64,000 bases of DNA from Porphyridium purpureum. Lineage: Eukaryota. The stretch is from assembly GCA_008690995.1 (NCBI GenBank), contig VRMN01000003.1, forward strand, positions 186,001 through 250,000. The letters run 5' to 3'. Numbering within the stretch: the stretch's first letter is position 1; the number at the start of each line of letters is the position of its first letter. The translations under genes and the position numbers were made by a program. The notes under the pieces are model-generated. The model had not been told where the DNA came from, did not search any database, and saw only the letters and a program-made list of their open reading frames with translations. Below are positions 44,755 through 56,210 of this stretch, piece after piece.

Positions 44755-46005
44755 ATGGGGCAGTATTTGAGCACGCCAGTCACGCAAAAAGAGACCGAGA
44801 CTGGGAAAAATGAGTACTTGGAGTATGCGGTCTCGGCCATGCAGGGCTGGCGTATAAGCATGGAGGATGCGCATATCGCCGCGCTGGACGGGTTGTCAGA
44901 CGGCAAGAAAAATGTGGCCCTTTTCGGCGTCTTTGATGGCCACGGCGGTAGGGAAGTCGCGCTGTTTTGCGAGCGGTATATGGCTAGGGAACTGGCAAGC
45001 CTCGAGTCCTTCCAGCAAGGCGATTACGAGACTGCGCTTCCAGAGTTGTTCCATCGCATGGATAATATGCTGGCCGACGAGCGCAACCACAAGGAGCTAG
45101 AACTTCTGAAGTCTGACAACGCAGACGCGGCCAACGCACCCCACAGTGCGCCGCCGGCATCCACGTCGGATAGTATCACAAAGGTTTCTCAGAGCGCCGC
45201 GGTGGCCGTGCAAAGGGGAGCCGCCGCTGACAGCAGCGATTCTTCTGGAGAAGCCGCGGCAGCGCCGTCTGGCACGATGCCGTTGCAAGAGGCTCTCGTA
45301 TTGCTGCAAAAGCTTGCAGAGACTTCCGTGGGGAAAGGTGGAGGAGGAGCCGGAGGCCCGAACGACTCGCGGGATGATTTCGGGGCGGCACTTGGTGAAC
45401 AGATTCGAGGCCTCTCGAGCGAAAGACAGGCCCAGGTGTGTAGTCTGCCAGACTTCCCGATTAACGCAGGCTGCACATCGGTGGTGGCGCTGATTGTGGA
45501 CAATGTGATCTACGTCGCGAATGCAGGCGACTCGAAAGCGGTTCTCTGCCGGGGCGGTCAGGCCGTTCCAATGTCGTTTGAGCACAAACCAGACTCTGAG
45601 ATTGAGACAGCGCGCATTCAGAAGGCGGGCGGCTTTGTGAGCGCAGTGGGACGAGTGAACAACAACTTGAACCTGTCCCGTTCAATAGGAGACCTCAAAT
45701 ACAAGATGAATCCAAACGTCCTGCCGAAGGATCAAATGATCACGGCGGAGCCTGACGTGCAGAAGCAGGTCATAACCAAAGACGACGAGTTCTTGTTCAT
45801 CGCATGCGATGGCGTGTGGGACGTTCTAAGTAACGAGCAAGCAATCGAGTTTGTGCGAAATCGTATGAAAGCAGGCAACCGGTCTTTGGCCCAAGTTTGC
45901 GAAGACGTGTTCGATCATTGTATCTCAGAGGATCCGAGACGAACATCAGGGTTGGGCGGAGACAACATGACGTGTTTGATTGTTAAATTCAATCATGGGT
46001 CGTGA
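44755..46005 (+). CDS. Protein phosphatase 2C (PPM1G/Ptc2-like)
   Basis: MGQYLSTP, SAMQGWRISMEDAH, FGVFDGHGG, ANAGDS, LNLSRSIGD, IACDGVWD, GGDNMT. Confidence 0.95.
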   Translation: MGQYLSTPVTQKETETGKNEYLEYAVSAMQGWRISMEDAHIAALDGLSDGKKNVALFGVFDGHGGREVALFCERYMARELASLESFQQGDYETALPELFHRMDNMLADERNHKELELLKSDNADAANAPHSAPPASTSDSITKVSQSAAVAVQRGAAADSSDSSGEAAAAPSGTMPLQEALVLLQKLAETSVGKGGGGAGGPNDSRDDFGAALGEQIRGLSSERQAQVCSLPDFPINAGCTSVVALIVDNVIYVANAGDSKAVLCRGGQAVPMSFEHKPDSEIETARIQKAGGFVSAVGRVNNNLNLSRSIGDLKYKMNPNVLPKDQMITAEPDVQKQVITKDDEFLFIACDGVWDVLSNEQAIEFVRNRMKAGNRSLAQVCEDVFDHCISEDPRRTSGLGGDNMTCLIVKFNHGS

Positions 46006-46520
46006 TCACAGTCTGCGGCGAGTGCTTCCTGATTTTGGTCCGGTCGACGGTGGTGCATCGGTAGAGTTCAGTGCAGCGGTGGCTGACTGATTCCGATGCC
46101 GGTAGATCATCTGTGAGTTTTAACATGTGCAACTGTAGCAGCAGCGAACTGCGCCCTACGCGCGACAGGTGTATGTGCCCGGCACGAAATTCCCTCGTTT
46201 CTGGCGGTCTGCATGCTTCTCGTCGCCGCACTTCTGCTTTCTTTCTTTTGTGTTGGCTTGGTCCTCTTTGTCCTCTTTTCCTTGTTGAATGGTGGACACT
46301 GGCCGGAATTTTTATAAGGGCATACATACGTATCTAGTACAAGTAAATCAGTCTGACTGATCATCCGCTCGCGTGAAGCGGCAAGCGCGTACTTTTCCTG
46401 GTAGAGAACGATTTACCAGCTTGGTGCGCGCTGCAGTCTGCCAAGTGCCAAAACGTTTCAACCCAGTGAAACCCGGGTCGGACGAGCGGTTGTTCAGAAG
46501 TCGGCAAGTTTTCGCCAACC

Positions 46521-49442
46521 ATGCAAAGCAGCGAGCTAGCCGTTTCGTGCAAGCCGTTCGTCCGCACGCTCGGTGCCGACGTCCAAGAACCTGAAGTGGA
46601 GCAGGAGCCAACAAGCCAAAGCCCGTCCTCTGGCCAGAGCGCATCGACCTTTCCGACCGCGCTGCCGGCGCGCTGCCGCATCAGCTGCGTTGCGGCATAC
46701 CCGAGCGGCGTGCTGTGCTGTGGCACCGAGGCCGGTGACATAGTGGTGCTTGACCTGCACGGCAGAATTGTGCAGCAGATCGTCGGTGTACACCGTGGCG
46801 CAGTGTCGGCGATCGCCGTGCAGCCGTGTCGCGGACATACTGCGTTGTGCATGGTCGTTTCGACAGGATGGAGCGATGGCGTGCTGAAATCGCAGTCACT
46901 GCCTGTGCCAAGTTCAACTCTGGGCCTTGGCGCCATCGGTCGCGATCACCATGGCGACACGAAGGCGTTTACATTCACGCACGAGATTGGCGTATCCGCG
47001 CGCCCAACATGTATCGCCATAGAACCCGAAGAGCTCGCTTCCGCAAAGGACATGCAAAGGGTCTGCTTTGCTGGCTTGGACGGCAGGGTCGTGATACATT
47101 CAAGGCAGTGGTGGGGAGGACAAGATCGCATTCTGCGCAGCGGCGAGGGGCCTGTCCATGCGCTCTGCTGGGAGGGCCCGTTAATTGCGTGGGCAACCGA
47201 CCAGCGCGCCCGGGTGTACGATATCAAGAACGATCGTGGGGTATGCATGGTCGATGCACCAATCTCACATGATATTCACATGCTCAATGCTGGTACTATA
47301 CCTTCGCACGAAGCGGACAGCTCGGGCTCGGGTACTTTTAATCTCCCACCCGTGCAGGACTATGACAGTAATCGGATGGATGAGCTGAACGACATTCAGC
47401 GTGCATTTCGTCCCAAGATTGTGTGTGTACCGGGCTTTACACAGAGCTCGTTCGAGTTGTACTTGTGTTGGCCATCTGCAATTAAGCTCTTGCGGCTTCG
47501 TCACAGCAATGACGGACACTTCAGGCCGGATCTGATCGAGAACTTTAAGCAATCCGAGATTGGTGGGGTGAACCAGCCGCTGAAGGCTGCTTCTTCGCAT
47601 TCGAATGAACAACAGCAACAATCGTCTCTGAAGGCGGCCGCTATGTTTTTCATTGACTCAGTCCCGTTTTCTTCAGATTTGCTGCTCGTGCTGGCGTGGA
47701 ATCGGACGACGGGGTTTGTGATAATCACACTGTCTCGCTCGTCACACGCAATAATCTACTATGAGCAGGTCGCATTTCCGAGCAAAGAGATTTCTCGATC
47801 AGGCCTCACGATGCTGTCAAGAAGAGGGACCGAGGATCCGTGCGCGTGGAGCTGGAACTGTGCCGTGAGCCCGGCGTCGAAGTGGACTGCAGCCATGTGG
47901 AAGATCGAAACGCCCACACCGTACGAAAAAGTTGTCTGGTTGTTCACGCGGGAGCGGTATATGGAGGCGTACTCGATTGCTGAACATGCAGACTTGTTTG
48001 CTGTCGATGCAAACACAGGATCCGCACTTGCATCGCAAAGGAGGAACGACGCTCACGGCGCGGGTACGGGCATTGATGCTGAGAGGCAACCCTCGCAAGA
48101 GACATTTAGTCTAGATTTGTTGGGCGAAAAGCTTTTGGAGCAAAAGCGCAAGCAGTCCATGTGGGATGAGTTGGCGATTTTAATTCCGCGAGTGCTTCAG
48201 AACCGTGCGCGAGGCAGCTCTGCAACGAGGGAGACGGCTGCCAGCTCTAGCATGCGACGCGATTTTCAAAGCAGTGCTGCCACTGCGACCGCGGCCGCCA
48301 CGCAGAAAGCCATTGTCCCCAAGATTCGAGCTGCTTGGCGCAAATGGATTCAAGTCTTCTCGAGCGAACAAAAGCTGTCGCTTTTAGCTGAGCACATTCC
48401 TGTGGAGGACTTGAAACTAGACGAGCGGGAAGTCAACCAGCTTCTAGAACGGCTTGTGCTCGAATCACCGCAAACAGCTCTGATGAGCATCAAAGCCTGG
48501 CCGCGCAATTTGTTCTCCTTGACTGCCATTATCCGCTTTGTAGAATCCGAGCGAAAGAAAGCACCCGAAAATGCCAGGCTGAGCAGCCTTTGTACAGATC
48601 TTTACTTCATGAGTGGCCGGCATGACGAGACCATGGCACTGCTTCTGGATCAAGGTAACAAGGACGTCTTCCGGCATATCCGCACGCACGTGCTGTATGA
48701 AGGAATTGTTGCCTCGAAAGAGCAGCTTGCGAAACTGTTCGAACTTGATCTGACCATGACAGTCCAGTTGCTGATGCAGGCGCCCTCTTCGCTCATAACC
48801 ACTGACGATGTCGTGGCGGTGCTCGAGACGATGGATAATCATAAGTGGATTCGGGCCTACTTGCTCCAGTGTTTTCGTACGAATCCTCGGGAATCTGCTC
48901 ACTTGCACGGCAGATTGCTCGAACTCCTCTGTGAGGAGCCATCGCCAGATCTTTTGGATTTCCTCCAGACGAGTGCGCACTACTCATTGGATACCGCTCT
49001 GAAGGCACTCAACCAGGCGCGAATCGAGACGGGTGCGCAGCTGCACGAAGAGCGCGTGTACGTTTTGAGCCGCATGGGGAACCTTGGCGCAGCCATGGAT
49101 ATTCTCCTGGACGAGCTTGGCGATGTCCCCCGGGCGGTGCGCTTCACCATCAGCAATGGCGACCCTCTTCTGTACAACCGGCTCGTGCAGTGTGCATCCA
49201 TAGATGACTCGGTGCTCGGCGTGCTCCTTTCACACGCCATGTTAGCGCAGGACAATCTGGACCCGCTAGCGCTGCTTCAACTGTTGCGACCCGAGCGCCA
49301 AGTGCCTGCGCTGAGGAGCAGGATCGTCTGTCTGATATCTGAGATGGAGCAGGAGCGGCAGCTGCGCGAGAATTGTAAGCGCTTGCTACAGAATGACACT
49401 GAACTATTCGCTCAACAATTTGAGGACCTCACTCGTTTCTAG
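46521..49442 (+). CDS. VPS41: Vacuolar protein sorting 41-like (HOPS subunit)
   Basis: Beta-propeller with LRSGEGPVHALCWEGPLIAWATD; clathrin-repeat region LLDFLQTSAHYSLDTAL...EERVYVLSRMGN. Confidence 0.82.
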   Translation: MQSSELAVSCKPFVRTLGADVQEPEVEQEPTSQSPSSGQSASTFPTALPARCRISCVAAYPSGVLCCGTEAGDIVVLDLHGRIVQQIVGVHRGAVSAIAVQPCRGHTALCMVVSTGWSDGVLKSQSLPVPSSTLGLGAIGRDHHGDTKAFTFTHEIGVSARPTCIAIEPEELASAKDMQRVCFAGLDGRVVIHSRQWWGGQDRILRSGEGPVHALCWEGPLIAWATDQRARVYDIKNDRGVCMVDAPISHDIHMLNAGTIPSHEADSSGSGTFNLPPVQDYDSNRMDELNDIQRAFRPKIVCVPGFTQSSFELYLCWPSAIKLLRLRHSNDGHFRPDLIENFKQSEIGGVNQPLKAASSHSNEQQQQSSLKAAAMFFIDSVPFSSDLLLVLAWNRTTGFVIITLSRSSHAIIYYEQVAFPSKEISRSGLTMLSRRGTEDPCAWSWNCAVSPASKWTAAMWKIETPTPYEKVVWLFTRERYMEAYSIAEHADLFAVDANTGSALASQRRNDAHGAGTGIDAERQPSQETFSLDLLGEKLLEQKRKQSMWDELAILIPRVLQNRARGSSATRETAASSSMRRDFQSSAATATAAATQKAIVPKIRAAWRKWIQVFSSEQKLSLLAEHIPVEDLKLDEREVNQLLERLVLESPQTALMSIKAWPRNLFSLTAIIRFVESERKKAPENARLSSLCTDLYFMSGRHDETMALLLDQGNKDVFRHIRTHVLYEGIVASKEQLAKLFELDLTMTVQLLMQAPSSLITTDDVVAVLETMDNHKWIRAYLLQCFRTNPRESAHLHGRLLELLCEEPSPDLLDFLQTSAHYSLDTALKALNQARIETGAQLHEERVYVLSRMGNLGAAMDILLDELGDVPRAVRFTISNGDPLLYNRLVQCASIDDSVLGVLLSHAMLAQDNLDPLALLQLLRPERQVPALRSRIVCLISEMEQERQLRENCKRLLQNDTELFAQQFEDLTRF

Positions 49443-49577
49443 GCAAAGTCTGTCTCAGTAAAACTGTACCCGCGGGCATTGGTGCTCGTGCGCGGCCGTG
49501 AACGATTGGTCCTTTGTTCCAAGGAGGAGATTCGTGGACACCGGCAAGCGCAAGAGCGGCTGTGCGAATCCTCCCGC

Positions 49578-50374
49578 ATGGAATTCAGCGATGAGTCCCC
49601 GCGCACGGTCATCACGGGCCTGTGCCGCCTGTTTTACTCGCTCAAATGGGCAACGGTACGTTTGGTTTGAATATGTCTCTCTTGGTTGGATTCGGTCCAA
49701 CACGATCAAGCGGGTTGGTGGTACTCCTCTTCTGCTAGAAGGACAGCGGTGGACTCTTGAGCAAGCAACTAACGAGACATGACGTGCTCTTCATTGTTTG
49801 TATCTGAAAGGGAACGGGAGGAGGGATCAGTATTCGTGAGAATGGCAAGGTTTACCTCGCCCCTTCTGGAGTGCAGAAGGAGCGCATCCATCCGCAAGAC
49901 ATTTTTGTGCTAGATGAAAGCTCAGGCGCAGTGCTGGAAGCTCCCGCCACGAAGGACCTGAAAATCTCTGCGTGTCGTCCTCTCTTCTACCTGGCGTTCG
50001 AGCTACGTGGTGCAGGCGCATGTCTACACAGCCACTCGATCAACGCCGTGATGGCCACGCTGGTATTTTCTGGCTCAGAGTACACCGTGACACAGCTGGA
50101 GATGATGAAGGGACTTGAGGGTCATGGATACTACGACACACTGACCATCCCGATCATTGAGAACACCGCTCACGAGGCGGAGCTGGAGGCTTCAATGCGC
50201 GAGGCGATGCTCAAGTACCCTGGGTCTCCGGCCGTGCTGGTGCGACGCCACGGCGTGTACGTGTGGGGTTCAGACTGGGTGCAGGCAAAGACGCAGGCCG
50301 AATGCCTGGACTTTTTATTCCAGGCGTCCGTTGCGATGAAGCAGCTTGGGATCGCCAACCCAGCAGCCCCGTAA
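49578..50374 (+). CDS. mtnB: Methylthioribulose-1-phosphate dehydratase, exons 49578-49655 and 49811-50374
   Basis: Spliced product [21 protein letters not shown]...[31 protein letters not shown]. Intron GTACGT...ACTAAC...AAG, phase 0. Confidence 0.92.
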
Positions 50375-50927
50375 TCTCACGAGGGCTGGAGTCCGATGCT
50401 CACATTGATAAAAAGCCATTTTTTTTTCCTTTCCACGCGTGTCGCTGTACACGATGGAGTCGACGGCAGTTTGAGGCTTGTCCGGAAGCGTGCTGCGCAT
50501 GTTCCGCACGCGCCGGAACCGGAGCGCGTGGTTGCGCGTCCGCATGAAGCGGTTACGATTCGGCGTCAGCACGCGCCGAGTCGACTAGCAGTCTATCCCA
50601 GTCGCACGCGCTCCCTCACCGCAGGGCCGGGGCGGCGCGCCGCTGGGCGACGCGCGTGCGTGCCACGCCAACGGGGGTACAGTGACACTAGGGTTTGTCG
50701 CAAATAACCACCGGGATGGCACTGTACCTCACGGGAGCCGTTGAGATGAATTTTTGTGGGGGTCTCTGGTCATAGGGGGTCGCGTTGAGTGTGTTGGCGC
50801 CAAATCGAGTTGGATAGGAAGGGAGGCCCGTTTGATGATTTTGGGGATGGTTCTTGGCTATCCCCCCCTGAACACGCCCACTACCCGTAGATGGTGTGTC
50901 TTTGCTTGGCCGGCCCACGAGGACGAG

Positions 50928-50947
50928 GTGTGTGTGTGTGTGTGTGT
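50928..50947. repeat. (GT)n microsatellite
   Basis: Read directly; about 10 units. Confidence 0.8.
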
Positions 50948-51353
50948 ATGTACGCACACATCCACGCCAAAAGGAGTTGCGTGAGACGCTGGGTGTCTCG
51001 ATGGGAATGCGAGAGCACGCAAGCACAAGCAGGGAACACAACAGCGAGCGTGGGATACGGAAAGGCTCGTCAAGCAGCGAGTCGCCGTGAGCGAGAGGCG
51101 ATCTCCCGGTGAGGTTGAGCGCGCGCGACCAGGTCTGCAGCTCGCAGCCTCGATTCCAGCAGAGCTCGAGGCTTGGCGTCGTTAACAAGCGCAACCACTT
51201 CTGCAGGGCTTGGGCTCAGAGAAGTTTGTGTTTGTCGTGTTATCGCTTTCGCTCCCGTGCTGGGGACGAATTGGACATTGCTGCAGGGAGGCGCAAGCAG
51301 CAGTTCACTGCGGACAGCCGTTTCCGTCCGCTTCAAAAGCCCTGATCATTGAC

Positions 51354-52682
51354 ATGTCTCAGAATCGAGATAGCATGGCAAGGTTCGTGCCATTCAAAAG
51401 CGTCAAGCACCCGCGCGGCCTCGCGGGACTGCCTTTGCCGGGGAAATCTGACACCGCAAGCCACTTGCCCGGAACAGATGAAGCGTCGTCCGCATCGCAG
51501 GTAAAGGCAGAGGCAGGGCACCCATCGGGAGGCGTACGGCAACTACCTCGCCCGCCGCAACGTCTCAGTACACAGAAAAAGGTGCCCTACTCAGGTGCGA
51601 CCGCACGAGCCGGCGCGGTGGCTGCGGCGGGTGCCAATTCCAGTGGAGCGCTTTCTTTTGCGTCAGGCATCAGCAAGTGTACGAGTGATCGCGGCGCAGG
51701 GTTCGGAAGGCGTAATATGCAGGGTTTAAGGCACTTTTCGCTCCGTGTGGCCGAGGCAATCGAGAAGCGCAAGGTCACAACCTACGTGGAGGTAGCGAAC
51801 GAGATCGTGGAGCAGCTGTGCCACGACCCGGAGCCCGAAGGCAGCGACGTCGGAAGCATTGGCCACTCGACCGCATCGGAGAGCAGCGAACGAAACATTC
51901 GGCGCCGTGTGTATGACGCAATCAATGTGCTGATCGCGGTGCACGTTATCTACAAGCAGGACAAAGCGATCCTGTGGCGCGGGCTTGAGTACTTTGGCAC
52001 TCAGCGCAAGTTTGAGAAGCAACCGAACACGCACGCGTATTCGGCGGCGAATCGCGACGCAATACAGCGGCAGCGCGACGAATGCCGTGCCCGAATCGAG
52101 CTGCTGAAGCAGCGGCGCAAGGAGCTGATGACGAGAAAGGCTGCTATGCAGAAATTAATTCAGCGGAATGAGAAATGCGCGACGGGGTGCATGGGTGACG
52201 TGCAAAATCGGGTTTATTTGCCGATTGTTCTCGTGGACACCGACCGCGACGCCGTCATGCAGGTAGAAGAGTGGGATCATGCTCATGAGCACATTTCATT
52301 TCAGTCGGACGCGCCGTTCTCAGTGCACGGTGAGGAGTTTCTTGCAGCAAGGCTGCAGGACAAGCGCACGACAAGAAATGCCAACCTGAGTGGTGAATCG
52401 ACAGAGACTCCGGTTCGAGCGCGCACATCATCGCCGTATCACCGTGAGCAGGAAGGCGGTTTCTCCGGGTTGTCACCGCAGACGCCGCACGACGTGCTCG
52501 TAGGCTTTAATTTTCTGGAAAGCACGCCCACGCGAGGAATGTTTGCCCAGTCAACGCCGACGCCGTTTCGCGAGGCATGGCAGCAGCCGCAAGTGGAAGC
52601 CGACGCTGATTCGGACTCCGACGCAGGCGATAGCGTGACCCTCTTTCTGTCTTCACCGCACAGCACCGGGATCCCAACCTGA
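51354..52682 (+). CDS. DP: E2F dimerization partner (DP) transcription factor
   Basis: GLRHFSLRVAEAIE.RKVTTYVEVANEIV, NIRRRVYDAINVL, coiled coil, LPIVLVDT. Confidence 0.9.
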   Translation: MSQNRDSMARFVPFKSVKHPRGLAGLPLPGKSDTASHLPGTDEASSASQVKAEAGHPSGGVRQLPRPPQRLSTQKKVPYSGATARAGAVAAAGANSSGALSFASGISKCTSDRGAGFGRRNMQGLRHFSLRVAEAIEKRKVTTYVEVANEIVEQLCHDPEPEGSDVGSIGHSTASESSERNIRRRVYDAINVLIAVHVIYKQDKAILWRGLEYFGTQRKFEKQPNTHAYSAANRDAIQRQRDECRARIELLKQRRKELMTRKAAMQKLIQRNEKCATGCMGDVQNRVYLPIVLVDTDRDAVMQVEEWDHAHEHISFQSDAPFSVHGEEFLAARLQDKRTTRNANLSGESTETPVRARTSSPYHREQEGGFSGLSPQTPHDVLVGFNFLESTPTRGMFAQSTPTPFREAWQQPQVEADADSDSDAGDSVTLFLSSPHSTGIPT

Positions 52683-52958
52683 CGTCCGGCCGCTGACTCC
52701 AAATCACGGGAGCCGGCGCAATCATCTGCGCAGAGTGATGATACCTGACTGGACTTCGGCGGTCCGCTCATACAGTGTATCCGCTCGGAAAAGAACATAC
52801 GACAAACAAGCAAGCGAGACAAGACGGGCCACATGTGCCCGCGAAATAACTACTGATAGGCAAAAGAAAAGAAAACTGCATCATGTTTTTTACATCACAT
52901 CGACGCCTCGTTCGCCCATGCTCCAGCCGCCGTCAGCTTTCCAGACTCCGAAGATGCT

Positions 52959-53612
52959 TCAGCCGTAGATGTAAGGGTTTTCCAGGTACGCCTTGGGAAT
53001 CGGGTCCGGCTCATCCTCTTCCCTGAACGACCTGTACGCCTTGGTCGCGGCGTAAAAGCTACCAGCGAAGCACATCCAAGAAAAGAAAACGGCAGATCCC
53101 ACTGCAGGTGAGTCCCGTGCCGAAATCGCAGCAACTCCCGGGATCCAAATCAAGCAAGGGACGAAAAGTAACTGCATCTCAAACTTGTGCGAAAACCAGC
53201 CGTACCTAGACGCGCGTCCTGTCTCGCACATGAAGTTCATCACCAGAATGAAGGTCATGAAGAGCCATGACATCAAGCCGCAAATAATCTGCCATACACA
53301 GATCCCGTTGCACGTGCCGTCCACTGGGGTTCCTCGGTTGTACTTTGTCGCGAAGTCGCAACCAGAACCCCACACAATCAGCGAGGCAAGCCATACAAAA
53401 GATTCAGAAATGATCTTCTGTGCATACGGCGACAAGTCCCCGGACGGCGAGGACTCCAGTGTCCTCGAAACTTCCATTTTGGATCCATCTGCCTTCGTGA
53501 CGGACGGTCCGCTGGGCTGCGCGACTCCCACGTACGTCGCACCACCCCCCGAGCCCGCGGCGTCCGGGCCGTTCAATTTCTCTTTCTCCCCCTTGCTCGC
53601 GGCCGCCGACAT
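52959..53612 (-). CDS. Four-TM membrane protein (MARVEL-like)
   Basis: Four hydrophobic helices with a Cys-containing first loop; ...AVFFSWMCFAGSFY. Confidence 0.7.
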   Translation of the reverse strand: MSAAASKGEKEKLNGPDAAGSGGGATYVGVAQPSGPSVTKADGSKMEVSRTLESSPSGDLSPYAQKIISESFVWLASLIVWGSGCDFATKYNRGTPVDGTCNGICVWQIICGLMSWLFMTFILVMNFMCETGRASRYGWFSHKFEMQLLFVPCLIWIPGVAAISARDSPAVGSAVFFSWMCFAGSFYAATKAYRSFREEDEPDPIPKAYLENPYIYG

Positions 53613-53754
53613 GATGCGCTGTCTCGGCACACCGCCCGGCGCGGCCAATACTCTCAACCTTTCTCCAAACTTACCGCTATCTTCCCCTCCCTGCAGACCG
53701 CTGTTCGCACTCCAAACCTTCAAAAGCCTCAAATGGTTAACTGACTAAAGGGCG

Positions 53755-53786
53755 AAACGGCTAAACGGCTACATGGCTAAATGGTT
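53755..53786. repeat. 4 x 8-bp tandem repeat with AACGG cores
   Basis: AAACGGCT AAACGGCT ACATGGCT AAATGGTT. Confidence 0.75.
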
Positions 53787-53878
53787 TTATCTTAAAGCCA
53801 CTGCCTCGGAGATCGTTGGCCTGCTAGAGTAGCTTGTTCTCGAGAGTGCGACGAAAGAAAAACTCTGCGGGCACATGC

Positions 53879-54430
53879 CTAGTGCCCAAACTTGTGTGCC
53901 TTGGCAAATTGCTCCAGAGATTGCTGCCAGATGCCGTCGGTCATGCCTCGCGGTGTGAAGATGCAGAGCACGCCGAGCGTGCCGACATCGTGACAGTTGG
54001 CAGTTTCGTTGTCGTAGAAAATCATCTGATCGTACGGGATGCCTGTTTTTTCGTGCAGAGCACGGAAGTGATGCACTTTGTTGCCCTTGTAGATCTCCTC
54101 GATGTCGATGGTCGATTTCATATTCATCCCGTCCGCGATCATAATCTTTTGCATGCATTCCTCAGCCCACGTCGGCTCGTCTGTCCGACTCGCAACGGCC
54201 ACCTGCGTGTCTTTCCATCGCTCGTCCGTGCGCAGTTCCAGCAGCAAGCTCCGGCTGTTCCCAAGCAGACGCACTTCGGTCCCGCTACGGTCCACCACAT
54301 TCCCGTCCTTGTTGGGCTTGAAAGGCGCGCCGCCGCCCCACAATTCATACATCTCCGGACGCCACAAGGTCCCATCCAAATCAAAAACGAGCAACCGCGG
54401 CACGGTTACGCGCGTGGCCCCAGCCGCCAT
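53879..54430 (-). CDS. MDP1: Magnesium-dependent phosphatase 1 (HAD family)
   Basis: PRLLVFDLDGTLW, VAVASRT, IYKGNKVHHF..LHEKTGIPYDQMIFYDNE. Confidence 0.92.
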   Translation of the reverse strand: MAAGATRVTVPRLLVFDLDGTLWRPEMYELWGGGAPFKPNKDGNVVDRSGTEVRLLGNSRSLLLELRTDERWKDTQVAVASRTDEPTWAEECMQKIMIADGMNMKSTIDIEEIYKGNKVHHFRALHEKTGIPYDQMIFYDNETANCHDVGTLGVLCIFTPRGMTDGIWQQSLEQFAKAHKFGH

Positions 54431-54767
54431 GGCCCCTTTGGTGCGCCGCCTAGACTCGTAGTTCCCTCGCCGGGACGCACTCGCTGAGCAGCTCCGCGTC
54501 GCTCGACCGCGGTCTGAGCAGGTGCGGTTCTGACTCCCGGTCTGATCGAATCCGCTCACGCCGAAACACAGCGGCAGATCGGTCATGCCGCACTTGTCCA
54601 CATGCCGCGCAAAGCGTTCAGCTTCGATGAAGCTTCCCCTACGCATCCGCGGCGCACTCGTTTTCCTATAAAAGTAAGGGTGATTTAGTATAAAACGCTG
54701 GGTCAGGCCAGGATTCATTTTTGGTGTTTCAGTGTCACGCTTCGAGTCGGTTGTGGGATGATGGGCA

Positions 54768-56210
54768 CTACATTGAGGACGTGTGCCTCACGTGTTGCAG
54801 CTCGCTGTCGCCATCGGCACTGATCGCGCTCTGGATTCGAGTTCTCAAGTGAGGGTGCGACTGCGACACAGACCTCCAGCAAATGCCATCCGAGTAGTAG
54901 AAGATCAGCAGGGCCACGCCATTGATTGCGCTGAAAATCCACATTGCGTCCTGCATCTGCGGCCCGGCCACGTCACTGCGAATGATAAATGCGCTCAGAA
55001 ACATGGCTAGCGTCCCAAACAGCTGCGCACTGAACATGACGCTCGTGCTGCTCACTTCTTCTGAAAGAGGGTACGTCAACTCCACTGCGTACTCAAGCCC
55101 CGTCGTCGTCATGGCTGTGGTGCAGCAGCCGAACAATACAAGCGCTACAGAGGCACCTACGCGGCTCGAGAACTGGAGAAACAGAGTTGTGCCCAGCAGG
55201 CCGAGAAAAGAGCCGTTCGCCAGGGTCAAGTGACACCCCCAGAACTTCTTGCTCCAATCAAGACACGGACCCATCAACAACAAACCAACCATACCGGCCA
55301 GCACCAACGCAAAGCCCAGGTCGCCAAGTTGCTTGGTGCTCAGTAGGCCGTCCACAATGCCAAAAGTGGGCTGCAGGTTTGACGTGACGGAGTACATGAT
55401 GCCAGTCGAAATTCCGTAACTCATAATGAGCCCCGTCATCGCTCTGGTTTCCCAGATCGACGCTGCCATTTCCTTGGCGAAGCGCCGCATGCTGAAATCC
55501 GAGCGGTGCCTGAATACGGTAGTGTCTGACGGCGGAGAGAGTGGTTCGGGGGCAAACGCGATGGCGACGACTGCGAGAAGCACAATGTTGCTAATCAAAA
55601 TTACCAGCATCATGCGATGCATGCCCATGGACTCCAGCGCTCTCGGCACCAGCAGAAACGTGAGTGCGATGCCCAAGGAGCAGCTCGCCCATGACACAGC
55701 GGACGCAGATGCGCGCTCATGCGCACCAAACCATAGTGAGGACAAGCGCGCTGGCATGCAGAACAGAAGACACTCTGCGAGCGGGAAGCACAGCTGACCC
55801 CAAAACAACAACCAGTACGAATGAGAACTGGTCGTCGACAGATACTTGAGGATGTTGCCTAGCGTGTTGAGCAGCTGCGAGGCAAGCAGCGCGAAGCGCA
55901 TGTCCGAGCTCGCTGTCATATATGCGCCAGGGAAACATCCGACCACGTACACGAGTAAATAGACCAGCGACAACATCAAGACATAAAAGCTGCTGTCGAG
56001 CGCGTAAAATTGCATGGTGTGGTCGTAAATCGACGAGTACATACCCCATGGCGCTTGATTCTGCGCCAAGCAGCAACTGAATATAGCCAGCATCAACCAC
56101 CGCCGTGTGTAAAGCCGGCACGGTGGCCTATCCGGGGCGACCGCCGTGCCTCCGTCCTGACTCCTTAGCAGCGCATCGGGCGAGGACGGTGAAGAGGGTT
56201 TTCCAGACAT
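54768..56210 (-). CDS. MFS transporter, FLVCR/SLC49-like
   Basis: YTRRWLMLAIF, PARLSSLWFGAHERASA, LEYAVELTYPLSE; about 12 TM helices. Confidence 0.85.
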   Translation of the reverse strand: MSGKPSSPSSPDALLRSQDGGTAVAPDRPPCRLYTRRWLMLAIFSCCLAQNQAPWGMYSSIYDHTMQFYALDSSFYVLMLSLVYLLVYVVGCFPGAYMTASSDMRFALLASQLLNTLGNILKYLSTTSSHSYWLLFWGQLCFPLAECLLFCMPARLSSLWFGAHERASASAVSWASCSLGIALTFLLVPRALESMGMHRMMLVILISNIVLLAVVAIAFAPEPLSPPSDTTVFRHRSDFSMRRFAKEMAASIWETRAMTGLIMSYGISTGIMYSVTSNLQPTFGIVDGLLSTKQLGDLGFALVLAGMVGLLLMGPCLDWSKKFWGCHLTLANGSFLGLLGTTLFLQFSSRVGASVALVLFGCCTTAMTTTGLEYAVELTYPLSEEVSSTSVMFSAQLFGTLAMFLSAFIIRSDVAGPQMQDAMWIFSAINGVALLIFYYSDGICWRSVSQSHPHLRTRIQSAISADGDSELQHVRHTSSM

